From an uncultured Clostridia bacterium (lineage in GTDB: Bacteria; Bacillota; Clostridia; Christensenellales; Borkfalkiaceae), in assembly GCA_964521125.1 (NCBI GenBank), contig CAZFPP010000001.1, forward strand, positions 12,439-76,438: a stretch of 64,000 bases of DNA, written 5' to 3'. A program made the position numbers and the translations under genes. The notes under the pieces were generated by a model, which was not told the DNA's origin, did not search any database, and saw only the letters and a program-made list of their open reading frames with translations. How positions within the stretch are numbered: position 1 is the stretch's first letter; every line of letters starts with the position of its first letter. Shown here piece after piece: positions 45,727 through 55,243 of the stretch.

Positions 45727-46326
45727 TCAAAGGAGATATCCGAGTGGATGAAACAACGCCGCAAGTAAAATCGCTTCCAAAAGACAAATAACGATAATAA
45801 TAATTAAGAGACAAAGAAAGTCGCATAACAGTTCTTTTATATCGTTTCCGCAAAATCGAAATCGCGGCGCTCGTTGAAAAGAAATAGAAATTGCGAACAA
45901 AAAAACGGCATCGAGAAGAAGATGTATGGGAAGATATAATACAAGAACTATAAGTGCGCCTGAAAACCTATAAACGGTAAAAAAGATCGTAAGCGAACCG
46001 CCGAAAACATAAGAACGAAAAATAAAGATTAACGGCGCGACGGCAAGTCCTATTGTGTGAAAACCTGTGCAAATGAATAATAAAAGAATAAGAGCATTAC
46101 CTGCCGCGCGTTCTAAAAAAATGAGGAAAACACTTCGGGAAGAGTAACAGATGCGGTCGACATACCTATCACATATATTAAGATGATAAGTGTATATGGC
46201 AGGCGTTTTAACGAATAGTATTCCACACATAGTACTACACAAAAACAAGAAAAGAAAAACTATGATTGTCTTTTTTTGCTTAGTTGCGCGGCAAAAACAG
46301 TCATGAAAGAAAAAAAGAGGGTTCAT
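45727..46326 (-). CDS. polytopic membrane protein, possibly SpoIIM-like (DUF95)
   Basis: 199-aa ORF with ~5 TM segments. Size and topology, and the YLPIHLLLDAVFLFAIS segment, resemble SpoIIM. Assignment by eye only. Confidence 0.35.
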   Translation of the reverse strand: MNPLFFFHDCFCRATKQKKTIIVFLFLFLCSTMCGILFVKTPAIYTYHLNICDRYVDRICYSSRSVFLIFLERAAGNALILLLFICTGFHTIGLAVAPLIFIFRSYVFGGSLTIFFTVYRFSGALIVLVLYLPIHLLLDAVFLFAISISFQRAPRFRFCGNDIKELLCDFLCLLIIIIVICLLEAILLAALFHPLGYLL

Positions 46327-46353
46327 ATTCCATTTTATGTCCCCCTTATTTTT

Positions 46354-47412
46354 TTAATTCCCGCTTGCAGCCGTTATCATTTTTTCTATGCCAATTCCGT
46401 ACCCGCGTGTCGGATCGTTTAAAAACACGTGGGTCACTGCGCCAATCAATTTCCCGTTTTGGACGATTGGGCTACCGCTCATGCCCTGAACAATACCCCC
46501 TGTTTCGGCAATCAACTTTTTATCAGTTACTTTAATAACAAAATTTTTATTGTCTTTATTGTTTGCTTCTACTTTTGCAATAGAAATTTCGTATTGCTGT
46601 GGACAAGTTCCGTCGATAGTCGAATAAATTACTGCTTTCCCTATGCATGCATCGGAAAGCGGAGCAATACCAACTGTTTCACTATGTGAGAAATCATAAG
46701 ATTTATTGAACGTACCGTACAGTCCTGTTGAGCACACTGTTTCAGCCGTAGCAAGCGGTTTGTCGTTGATAAATAGTCCGCGTAATTCCCCTGCTTTACC
46801 TCGTACTCCCTTATTCACACCGATAACGCTGCATAAATACACTTTTGAATCGGAAATTTTTAACGCGTTATTATTTTCATCCGTGATGTTATGTCCGAGT
46901 GCGGCAAATTGCCAGCTGTATTTTTCGATATAAGTGACAGTGCCAATCCCGGACATTGTATCTCGAATGAGAACACCTATCTTATAATTTCCGCTCTTTT
47001 TTTCTTTAACGGGACAAAGATGTATTTCTGCAGTCTCCCCGTTTCTTTTTAAGAGTAACTTTACTTCCTTCCCGCCGCTACGATTCAGAGCATTATTGAG
47101 GTCTTTTATGCTGTTTATCGCGACATCGTCTATCGCGCATATACAATCCCCCGCTTTAACGCCGGCATCCGCAGCGGGGCGATAAATTCCGTTCTCCGTT
47201 ACGATTTCGCTTAATTCAATGACTTCTGCGCCGCCTGCGCTCAGTAAAAACCCTGCTGTCATCCCGCCTAAATAGTATTGTCCGCTTTCGGCATCTGCTC
47301 TTGTTGACGGAACATTCGAATTACCGCAAAAAAAGACGCAGAATAATGTAGTCGCCGCGATAAAAAAATTCAGCTTACGCATGATACCTCCAAACAAAGT
47401 TAATTTGCGCAA
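46354..47412 (-). CDS. spoIVB: SpoIVB peptidase (S55) with PDZ domain
   Basis: PDZ segment GVKAGDCICAIDD. Protease motifs GIGTVTYI, FAALGH and GMSGSPIV. Confidence 0.93.
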   Translation of the reverse strand: MRKLTLFGGIMRKLNFFIAATTLFCVFFCGNSNVPSTRADAESGQYYLGGMTAGFLLSAGGAEVIELSEIVTENGIYRPAADAGVKAGDCICAIDDVAINSIKDLNNALNRSGGKEVKLLLKRNGETAEIHLCPVKEKKSGNYKIGVLIRDTMSGIGTVTYIEKYSWQFAALGHNITDENNNALKISDSKVYLCSVIGVNKGVRGKAGELRGLFINDKPLATAETVCSTGLYGTFNKSYDFSHSETVGIAPLSDACIGKAVIYSTIDGTCPQQYEISIAKVEANNKDNKNFVIKVTDKKLIAETGGIVQGMSGSPIVQNGKLIGAVTHVFLNDPTRGYGIGIEKMITAASGN

Positions 47413-47445
47413 GCTGTTTGATTATATTCGTAAATCTTGTGTTGT

Positions 47446-49143
47446 TCAAATCGTGTTTTTATACTGTTGTGCCTTGGTTAGTAATTCGTCCGCCTGTTTT
47501 AAAGCGAGTTCACTGCTTTCACCCGCAATCAAACGTGCAAGCTCATTATTTCTCGCGTCACCTTCCACTTGTAATATTTTTGTATACGTTTTATCATCGC
47601 TTTCTGTTTTTTCGATGAGAAACTGCCTGTCTGCAAAAGAAGCGATTTGCGCAAGGTGCGATACCGCAATCACCTGTGTTTGTTTTGCAATTTTAGCAAA
47701 TTTTTCCGCAACGACGCGCGCCGTTTTTCCTCCGATTCCCGCATCAATCTCATCAAAGATACAAGTGCCGACATTTCTCGAATACTGCGCTTTGATAGCG
47801 AGCATAAATCGGCTCATTTCACCTCCGCTTATAATTTTACTAAGCTCTTTCGGCGGTTCGCCTGCATTGGCGGAAAAAAGAAATCGAATTTTATCGAGTC
47901 CTGTTTTTGTAGCGTTAGGAGTATCGGAACGGTCATAGTCGTTAAATTCCACTTCAAAGCGAGCGGAAGATATATTCAATGTTTGCAAATCTTCCGTTAC
48001 GCGTTTTGTAAAATTTTTTGCCGTCTCTTTTCTTATGACCGTCAACTCATGACAGGCGGAATACAGTTTATCCTCAATATCTTTTAGACGTATCTGTAAT
48101 TTATCCCGTTCTTCGCCATTGTGTTTTAATAAATCCAATTCTTCCTGTGCCTGCAATAGAAAATGTTGAACGGCTTCAAAAGAACCGCCGTATTTCTTTT
48201 TTAACGTTTTAATTTCATCTAAACGGGTTTCGATTCGTTCCCTTTCATTTTCATCAAAGTCAAGTTCGTCAAGGTAACCATCGGTTATATCGCCGATATC
48301 CGAAAGCTCGGTCGCAACATTCTCAAGACGTTCACGAAGAATCTCATATTTCGTATCATATCGAGCGATCTGCGTGAGCGCACGTTTTGCGGAATTTACT
48401 GCATCTAAACCGCACCAACCGTCATCGAAATTGTTTATTAAAGCGCTACGTGCGGTAGAAAGCCCGTCCAATAATTTTTCTGCATTTTGAAAACGGTTTT
48501 TGCTTACCGTTAACTCCTCTTCTTCGCCGGATTTCAAATCTGCACGCTCGATTTCGTCAATTTGATAACTTAAAACGTCCATTCGTCTACTGCGTTCTTC
48601 TTCATTTCCGCCAAGTAACGCCAGCATACCAAGTATCGTTTTCCGTTCGGAAAGCAAACTACCTATATCATTTTTCTTTTCTTCGGCGCTCTTACCCGAG
48701 ATTTTATCAAGTAAAGCAAGTTGGTTTGCTTCTTGCAACAGAAAAAAATGCTCGCTTTGACCATGTACGTCTACGAGCAACGCCGTTAATTGCCGTAACA
48801 TGGTTGTCGTTACGGCACAGCCATTTATTTTTGCTCCTCCTTTACCTTCGACATTGAGTTTTCGAGAGATGACGAGCGTATCATCAGGTTCAATATCGAA
48901 ATCCGAAAGCATTTGTAAAATGAACGGTTCATCGCATGAAAACTCCGCACGAACAAAACATTCGGATTGTCCGAAACGAATCATGCCCTTATCTGCTTTT
49001 GCTCCAAGAACAAAATCAATGCTGTCAAGAATGACCGACTTCCCTGCCCCGGTTTCTCCGGACAGAACATTCAGTCCTTCCGAGAAAGAAATTTCCGCTC
49101 GGTCGATCAGCGCGACATTATGTATCGCGAGTGTTTTTAACAT
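47446..49143 (-). CDS. recN: DNA repair protein RecN
   Basis: 565-aa ORF with N-terminal Walker A LSGETGAGKSVILDSI, a coiled-coil middle, and a C-terminal signature region SGGEMSRFMLAIK. Confidence 0.95.
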   Translation of the reverse strand: MLKTLAIHNVALIDRAEISFSEGLNVLSGETGAGKSVILDSIDFVLGAKADKGMIRFGQSECFVRAEFSCDEPFILQMLSDFDIEPDDTLVISRKLNVEGKGGAKINGCAVTTTMLRQLTALLVDVHGQSEHFFLLQEANQLALLDKISGKSAEEKKNDIGSLLSERKTILGMLALLGGNEEERSRRMDVLSYQIDEIERADLKSGEEEELTVSKNRFQNAEKLLDGLSTARSALINNFDDGWCGLDAVNSAKRALTQIARYDTKYEILRERLENVATELSDIGDITDGYLDELDFDENERERIETRLDEIKTLKKKYGGSFEAVQHFLLQAQEELDLLKHNGEERDKLQIRLKDIEDKLYSACHELTVIRKETAKNFTKRVTEDLQTLNISSARFEVEFNDYDRSDTPNATKTGLDKIRFLFSANAGEPPKELSKIISGGEMSRFMLAIKAQYSRNVGTCIFDEIDAGIGGKTARVVAEKFAKIAKQTQVIAVSHLAQIASFADRQFLIEKTESDDKTYTKILQVEGDARNNELARLIAGESSELALKQADELLTKAQQYKNTI

Positions 49144-49146
49144 ATC

Positions 49147-49614
49147 TCATTCCTTTACGATACGTTCCAAACGTTCCTTAACGGCGATTGCGCCCTCGTT
49201 AGATTTGCAAACGGTAAATACCGTATCAACACCGGCCAACGTCCCTGCAACTTCCTCATAATTGAGGCGGTCAACTACAACACCGGCATTAGCTCCGTTT
49301 CCGTTCAAAGTGCGGATGACAATCATATTGTTTACAACATGAATGGACTCAATACATGTTTGAAACAATAAACGCATTTTATCGGAAAGTTCGCCTTCGT
49401 TTTTGCTGATTGCGGCATAACGATAACGCTTTTTTACACCTGCAACTTTAAAAAGCCGCAATTCTCTGATATCACGCGAAACGGTTGCTTGCGTAACTAA
49501 AAAATTAGCGGCTGCCAATTCTTTACAGAGTTCTTCCTGTGTTTCAATTTCTTTTTCCTCGATAAGTTCGAGAATTTTGTTGTGTCTTGCGTTTCTTAAC
49601 ATAATTTTCCTCAT
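49147..49614 (-). CDS. argR: arginine repressor
   Basis: RHNKILELIEEKEIETQEELCKELAAANFLVTQATVSRDIRELRL is the ArgR/AhrC wHTH. Position between nadK and recN is conserved. Confidence 0.92.
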   Translation of the reverse strand: MRKIMLRNARHNKILELIEEKEIETQEELCKELAAANFLVTQATVSRDIRELRLFKVAGVKKRYRYAAISKNEGELSDKMRLLFQTCIESIHVVNNMIVIRTLNGNGANAGVVVDRLNYEEVAGTLAGVDTVFTVCKSNEGAIAVKERLERIVKE

Positions 49615-50418
49615 CTAATTTATTTTTTTCGTCAAACGACGGAAAAATTCGCTTTTGTCCTTGGTTAAAAAGGTTGCACAACGATCGGATTTTTTCACGA
49701 TTAAACGATCTCCTTTTCGCGCTTCCCCCAGAAAAATACCGTCGCCGCGCAAGGTAAGTGCGGCTCCGTCTTGTTCAACGGAAAGCGATAAAACACTTTT
49801 ATCCGGACAAGCGATCGGGCGGCTTCTCAGCGAAAAAGCGCAGATAGGTGTAAGCAGAAAAGTTTCACAATCGGGCGTCATAATGCTCCCGCCGGCCGAA
49901 AGAGAATATGCTGTGGATCCGGTAGGTGTTGAGACGATTAATCCATCCGCCATAAACACACCTACGGAGCTGCCGTCCAATTCAACGGAAATAGGAACCG
50001 CCTTATCTTCCGATGAGGAAACAGAACGACACAGCATTGCAAGTTCGTTTAAACAATGTACAGTTTTACCGTTAAAATTTATTTGCAACATAGAACGCTT
50101 TATGGCGACCGGTTGATCAGATAGTATAAATTTAGCCGCCAAATCGATATCATGCCGTTCAAATTCCGTTAAAAATCCGCGTGTTCCGTAATTGACGCCT
50201 ACAATAGGAATGTCTAACTCGGACGCTTTCTGCGCGGAGTGTAAAATAGTCCCGTCTCCGCCAAGAACAAGCAACCGGTCAACGTCCGCAATGTCTGTAG
50301 CAACAGAAAAAAGAACAGCCTCACCACCCTCAATCGTAATTTGACCGGCGAGATGTTCGGCAATCGATGCTGTGACCTGTTTTATGTTGTAAAAAATGCC
50401 GATTCTCATTTTATGCAC
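49615..50418 (-). CDS. nadK: NAD kinase
   Basis: LVLGGDGTILH motif. 267 aa. Synteny tlyA-nadK-argR-recN. Confidence 0.92.
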   Translation of the reverse strand: MHKMRIGIFYNIKQVTASIAEHLAGQITIEGGEAVLFSVATDIADVDRLLVLGGDGTILHSAQKASELDIPIVGVNYGTRGFLTEFERHDIDLAAKFILSDQPVAIKRSMLQINFNGKTVHCLNELAMLCRSVSSSEDKAVPISVELDGSSVGVFMADGLIVSTPTGSTAYSLSAGGSIMTPDCETFLLTPICAFSLRSRPIACPDKSVLSLSVEQDGAALTLRGDGIFLGEARKGDRLIVKKSDRCATFLTKDKSEFFRRLTKKIN

Positions 50419-50477
50419 TTATTATACAAATAAATTCGCATAAAAGCAAGTATTTTAGGGAAAAAAACGAAAAAAAT

Positions 50478-51248
50478 TTATATTTTTTCAACGAAGTTAT
50501 TCGCACGGCGAAGGAATTCTCCCCTTGCGATTGGTTTTTCGCCCTTTTGAAGGAGAATCATATATTCAATATTCTTCTTTTCTCGAATGGGAGCATTAAC
50601 GATATCGCGTGGAACGAGCGAGAAAGGCGACAAAAACGAATAAAAAGAATCTAATAACGCGGCATGACGTGTTTGCGGAACGATTCCACTTTTTCCAAGA
50701 CCGATTCCGTCGCATTCAAATTGCGGTTTAAAAAGAACGAACGCTTTTCCATGCTCCGGAAGAATGCGTTCTATGACGGGAACAATCAATTTTAGGGAGA
50801 TAAAGCTGAGATCGGAAACAATGCTGTCAATAGGTTCCGGAAAACTTTCGGCGGTGAGAAAGCGCGCGTTTGTTTTATCCATGACGGTTACACGTTGATC
50901 GATAGCAAGATGGGAATCAAGTTGATTTTCTCCCACGTCAACACAATATACATGTTTTGCTCCTCTTTGAAGCAGACAATCGCAGAATCCGCCCGTGCTT
51001 GCTCCCAGATCGGCAAATGTCCAATCCGATATGATTACGCCGAAATGATCGAGTCCGCGTGCAAGTTTGTATCCGCCGTTAGAAACGAATTGCTGTGTCG
51101 GTTTTAGAAATTCAACACAATCGTCAATATCGATATTGTCATCGGGAGAAAGCGGTTTGCCGCCCCTTAAAACGAAGCCTCGCCTTAAAGCATCTGCCGC
51201 TTTAGTTCGGGAGCCAAATTTTTTTGATAGAAATTTATCGGCACGCAT
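50478..51248 (-). CDS. tlyA: TlyA family rRNA (cytidine-2'-O)-methyltransferase
   Basis: N-terminal S4 domain (MRADKFLSKKFGSRTKAADAL) plus the FtsJ-like SAM motif FADLGASTGGFCDCL. Confidence 0.9.
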   Translation of the reverse strand: MRADKFLSKKFGSRTKAADALRRGFVLRGGKPLSPDDNIDIDDCVEFLKPTQQFVSNGGYKLARGLDHFGVIISDWTFADLGASTGGFCDCLLQRGAKHVYCVDVGENQLDSHLAIDQRVTVMDKTNARFLTAESFPEPIDSIVSDLSFISLKLIVPVIERILPEHGKAFVLFKPQFECDGIGLGKSGIVPQTRHAALLDSFYSFLSPFSLVPRDIVNAPIREKKNIEYMILLQKGEKPIARGEFLRRANNFVEKI

Positions 51249-51297
51249 GGAATACTCTATATATTATGTCAGACATAATACTATTTAAAACCTATTT

Positions 51298-52167
51298 TTA
51301 AAAATCTCTATCTCTAACAAAAGAGACAAATTCTCGCAAAAATTTTGCATTAGGAACATTTACAAGCGTTTCTAAACATTTCCCCGCATATCTATCAGCA
51401 AGAAGCTCCGATTGTTCCATACCATATAATTTGATGCATGTCGGTTTATCTTCAACATCGTCTTTTCCCAACGTTTTTCCCATTTTTTTTCGATCGCCCT
51501 TTTGATCGAGAATATCATCTGTCAATTGAAATAAAAATCCGAGATTCTTACCGAATGAAGCCATTTCCGTCTGACATCGATTTGCAAGGATTGCCGCCAT
51601 TACGAGCGGAGCTTGAATTAATTTTGCGGTTTTATGTTCGTAAATGAAGTTTAATTGCTCTTCCCCCACGCTTTTGCCTTCAAATAAGAGATCGGCAGAT
51701 TGCCCTGCGATCATGCCTCCAGCGCCTGCCGAGTCCGAAAGATATTGTGCTGCATAAAGATGCTCTTTGTCTTTTTCGCTTTCTTTCAGTAAGATTGAGA
51801 ATGCCAAAGAAAGCAACGCATCTCCGGCAAGAATTGCGTTTGCTTCTCCGTAAACTTTATGATTGGAAGGGTTTCCGCGCCGAAAATCGTCGTTGTCCAT
51901 TGCGGGAAGGTCATCGTGAATCAGAGAATAAGTGTGAATACATTCTAACGCTAATGCAAATCCGAGTTCTTCCAAATAAGGCTTTCCCAAAATTTCAAGC
52001 GTCGAAAAAAATAATACGGGGCGCACTCGTTTTCCGCCGGACAGTAATGAATATTGCATGCTCTCCGTTAAAATCGAAGGATAATAATGCATATCTTTGC
52101 AGTAACTTTTTAGCGCTTCTTGAAATACGGAACGATATTTATCATATTGTTTTAAAAAGTCATTCAT
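51298..52167 (-). CDS. ispA: polyprenyl (farnesyl/geranylgeranyl) diphosphate synthase
   Basis: First and second Asp-rich motifs LIHDDLPAMDNDDFRRG and FQLTDDILD. The ATG at 52167 overlaps the folD stop by 8 nt. The track GTG at 52200 is the alternative. Confidence 0.9.
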   Translation of the reverse strand: MNDFLKQYDKYRSVFQEALKSYCKDMHYYPSILTESMQYSLLSGGKRVRPVLFFSTLEILGKPYLEELGFALALECIHTYSLIHDDLPAMDNDDFRRGNPSNHKVYGEANAILAGDALLSLAFSILLKESEKDKEHLYAAQYLSDSAGAGGMIAGQSADLLFEGKSVGEEQLNFIYEHKTAKLIQAPLVMAAILANRCQTEMASFGKNLGFLFQLTDDILDQKGDRKKMGKTLGKDDVEDKPTCIKLYGMEQSELLADRYAGKCLETLVNVPNAKFLREFVSFVRDRDF

Positions 52168-53020
52168 GGGATTCTTTAAAACATTGTTCTGCGGTATCAC
52201 AGACGTTTTTCAATAACATGGCGATCGTCATAGGTCCTACGCCGCCGGGTACAGGAGTGATAAACGCGGCTTTATTTTTCACGGTTTCGAAATCGACGTC
52301 GCCGCAGAGTGTTCCATCCGAAAGCCGATTCATTCCTACATCGATTACCACGGCGCCATTCTTTACCATATCTGCCGTAATATATTTTGCTTTTCCGATC
52401 GCGACGATTAGAATATCAGCCCGCAGGCATTCTTCTTTTAAATGAACGGTTTTAGAGTGGCAGATTGTAACCGTAGCATCTGCGTTAAGCAACAATAATG
52501 CCATAGGCCGTCCTACAATATTACTCCGTCCTACGATAACGGCGTGCTTTCCCGCAAACGGAATTTTATACCGTTTGAGCAGCTCCATAATACCCAGAGG
52601 CGTACAAGCCGCAATTCCCCCTCTGTTTAAGGAAAGCAAACCGATATTTTCTACCGAAAAACCATCTACGTCTTTCGACTTGGGAATTTCGGCAAGCAGT
52701 TTGTCAGCATTCAAGTGGGGAGGCAACGGTAATTGAACTAAAATTCCGTTTATTTTATCGTCATCAGCCAAGTCCTTTATAAGGGAAAGCGCCTCTTCTT
52801 GCGTTGTATTTTCAGGTAAATAATGTGCAAAAGATCGGATTCCGACCTCTTCGCACGCTTTAATTTTATTACGTACATAAATGTGCGATGCAGGGTCTTC
52901 TCCAATCAAAACGACGGCAAGTCCAACTTTTTTGCCGTATTCGTTTTCCAACGCGCCTGTGCGAATTTTTAGTTCGGATCGAATAGCCGCCGCCGTCGCT
53001 TTTCCGTCAATCAGATTCAT
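52160..53020 (-). CDS. folD: bifunctional methylenetetrahydrofolate dehydrogenase/cyclohydrolase
   Basis: MNLIDGKATAAAIRSELK..., VILVGEDPASHIYVRNK-type region, and GRSNIVGRPMALLLL. Confidence 0.95.
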   Translation of the reverse strand: MNLIDGKATAAAIRSELKIRTGALENEYGKKVGLAVVLIGEDPASHIYVRNKIKACEEVGIRSFAHYLPENTTQEEALSLIKDLADDDKINGILVQLPLPPHLNADKLLAEIPKSKDVDGFSVENIGLLSLNRGGIAACTPLGIMELLKRYKIPFAGKHAVIVGRSNIVGRPMALLLLNADATVTICHSKTVHLKEECLRADILIVAIGKAKYITADMVKNGAVVIDVGMNRLSDGTLCGDVDFETVKNKAAFITPVPGGVGPMTIAMLLKNVCDTAEQCFKESHE

Positions 53021-53406
53021 TCGTTGATTACTCCTGCAAGTACTCCGTTTACGAATCCCGCCGAATTTTCGGTGGAATAAGCGCGAGCCAATCCGGTTGC
53101 TTCATTTACCGAGACGATCGGGGGGACGTCGTCCACATATAAAATTTCGGCAAGCGCGATCAACAAGATTGCCCGATCAACGGGATAAATTCGATCTTTT
53201 GTAAACCGCGTTACCTTGTTATCTAAAACTTCAAGCAACTCCTGCCTGTGCTCCCGTGTAAGAGTGACAAGCGTATCGGCAAATTTTTTTTCGTCCTCTT
53301 TCAGGTTTGCTTTTTTGTAAACATCCTTTTCCGAGCATTCTTCGTCACCGCCTAATGATTCGGCAAAGACAATTTTAAACGCCGCCTCTCTTGCTTCTTT
53401 CCGCAT
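53017..53406 (-). CDS. nusB: transcription antitermination factor NusB
   Basis: MRKEAREAAFKIVF is a NusB-type N-terminus. ATG at 53406 lies 5 nt after AAAGGAG. The track start at 53457 is rejected. Confidence 0.9.
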   Translation of the reverse strand: MRKEAREAAFKIVFAESLGGDEECSEKDVYKKANLKEDEKKFADTLVTLTREHRQELLEVLDNKVTRFTKDRIYPVDRAILLIALAEILYVDDVPPIVSVNEATGLARAYSTENSAGFVNGVLAGVINE

Positions 53407-53457
53407 AATTTCTCCTTTGACAAAATTCCCCTTCTCCAAACGGAAAAGGGAAACCAT

Positions 53458-53835
53458 TTAAGCCTTTGTTTCACTCTCCTGTGTTTCTTCCGACGTCTGA
53501 TCAGCGGAAGTTGGCTGAGCAGGAAAAACGACGCTTTGAATGTGGATATCAATTTTTGCGATTTTATATTTCGTCATTGACTCCACCATTTGTTTAACCG
53601 TTTGTTGAATGGAATAAGCAAGCTCGGGAACATTGTAGCCGTAGTGTGCAATCACGGAAATATCGGCAAAAATTCCTTCTTTTTCAAAGCAAACTTTAAT
53701 TCCTTTGCTTTTGGAGGGAACAAGCTCGATTCCCTCTGTTTCTTGTAAGCTGAGTACTATGATCCCGCTTACAATATCTGCGTTATATGAAATTCTACCC
53801 TTTTGTCCGTTTGGGTTATATTTGATACTTGCCAT
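53458..53835 (-). CDS. Asp23/Gls24 family envelope stress protein
   Basis: 125-aa ORF. NADIVSGIIVLSLQETEGI...VIAHYGYNVPELAYSIQQTVKQMVESMT is the Asp23 pattern. It occupies the yqhY-equivalent position after spoIIIAH. Confidence 0.88.
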   Translation of the reverse strand: MASIKYNPNGQKGRISYNADIVSGIIVLSLQETEGIELVPSKSKGIKVCFEKEGIFADISVIAHYGYNVPELAYSIQQTVKQMVESMTKYKIAKIDIHIQSVVFPAQPTSADQTSEETQESETKA

Positions 53836-53902
53836 AAATCACTCCTTTGGGATATTATAGCACATCTCTTTCGAATTTACCACTCATTTCGCAAAATTTC
53901 TT

Positions 53903-54394
53903 TTAACTTTCGGCGTAAATAGGCATAATAATGATGTTACCGTTTCGTATGCTTAACTCATCTTCAACGATTGCAAAAATTTGCGTGACATTATCGCTTG
54001 TCAGTTCGCTTGAATTGACAAAAATATTCATATTATCCGATTCCGAACCGATAACAACTACGGCGTCGGAAAATCCGATCGATTTGATCATTGTCTCAAT
54101 AACAAGCTCATCCTCCATGATAGAGACCATTTTTTGTTTTAAGGCGACGGCTTCGGTATATTCGGCAGAATCGCTTGCATATGCCGCTATAATGCTATCT
54201 ATTTGTACGAATTCTTCATTACGCGTTGAAGTACGTTCGCTACGGTAACTTGTGAAATAATTGACCGTTGCGGATCCGCCGTTTGCGGCGACGCTTGTCG
54301 TCGATGTTCCTGCCAAAACAAAATTGAATATGGCAGTAACGGCAAGAAGAAGAACGAGAGTTGACATGAGTGCGATTTTCTTGGTGTTTGACAT
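53903..54394 (-). CDS. spoIIIAH: stage III sporulation protein AH
   Basis: 163-aa ORF with an N-terminal TM and a YscJ/FliF-like C-terminal domain (...IETMIKSIGFSDAVVVIGSES...). Last gene of the spoIIIA operon. Confidence 0.85.
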   Translation of the reverse strand: MSNTKKIALMSTLVLLLAVTAIFNFVLAGTSTTSVAANGGSATVNYFTSYRSERTSTRNEEFVQIDSIIAAYASDSAEYTEAVALKQKMVSIMEDELVIETMIKSIGFSDAVVVIGSESDNMNIFVNSSELTSDNVTQIFAIVEDELSIRNGNIIIMPIYAES

Positions 54395-54432
54395 AATATT
54401 TACTCCTTATAAATTATTGCGAAGATTGGAAT

Positions 54433-54795
54433 TTAAGAAGCCGACGGATAGATTTGAACCGATTGCTTGTCGAGATTGAGCGTAGCCGATGCGATATTCA
54501 TGATTCGCGAACGTAGTAGGATACTGTCTGTTCCTTTATAAACGATAACTGCGTTCATGGCATTACCTTCTTGAAGCGTAATAAAAGCGCTTGCGTCTTC
54601 TATCCCGTCGATTTGCATTAGAAGATCTACAAGCTTGCGCTCTTGTTCTGTTGGCGCATAACCGGATGCGGCTGTCGAGCCGGTATTAAAAAAAACTTTC
54701 CATACGGCAAACAGTAACAGAAGCGTTCCGAGACCGATCAATATTATACGAACGATTTTATTTTTCCAAATCGATATTAGATTTACCTGTGTCAT
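54433..54795 (-). CDS. spoIIIAG: stage III sporulation protein AG (unusually short, 120 aa)
   Basis: Operon position 7 of 8. TM segment IVRIILIGLGTLLLLFAVW, then a ring-building-motif-like LVDLLMQIDGIEDASAFITL...NAVIVYKG...VQIYP. Confidence 0.8.
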   Translation of the reverse strand: MTQVNLISIWKNKIVRIILIGLGTLLLLFAVWKVFFNTGSTAASGYAPTEQERKLVDLLMQIDGIEDASAFITLQEGNAMNAVIVYKGTDSILLRSRIMNIASATLNLDKQSVQIYPSAS

Positions 54796-55243
54796 AAACT
54801 TCAGCCTCGCACCCGTATTTTTCTTCCAAAATCATTTTAATATGACCGATATTATCTATATGCTCGTCTTGTCCGAATATGCCCAAATCCCAAACATTCG
54901 CCGTAATTTTTTTAATTGTATAATGATCAATAGAACGAACTGTTTTAATTTCTGCAATAACGCCGTATTCATCGAAAAGAAATTCGGCGATGTATGTTTC
55001 ATCGTCAGACGATGCGATCGAGACGCAATATTCGAGAAAAGATTCATCCATAGAGTAATTTTGGAGTGTAAAATTTAATTCACCGGATTGCATTAGAGAG
55101 ATCATTGGAGTCACTATAACGACGAGAATAAGTAGTCGCATCACCCCTTTCATAAACGAACCCATTTTCCCGTTCGGAACTATGATTGAGACGACTGAGG
55201 AAAGAAGAATGATCCCCGCTATGCTCAAAATATAAGTTTTCAA
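54758..55243 (-). CDS. spoIIIAF: stage III sporulation protein AF
   Basis: Operon position 6. TTG at 55243 lies 6 nt after GGGGG and overlaps the spoIIIAE TGA. The N-terminus then reads LKTYILSIAGIILLSSVVSIIVP. The track start at 55306 is rejected. Confidence 0.82.
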   Translation of the reverse strand: MKTYILSIAGIILLSSVVSIIVPNGKMGSFMKGVMRLLILVVIVTPMISLMQSGELNFTLQNYSMDESFLEYCVSIASSDDETYIAEFLFDEYGVIAEIKTVRSIDHYTIKKITANVWDLGIFGQDEHIDNIGHIKMILEEKYGCEAEVYDTGKSNIDLEK

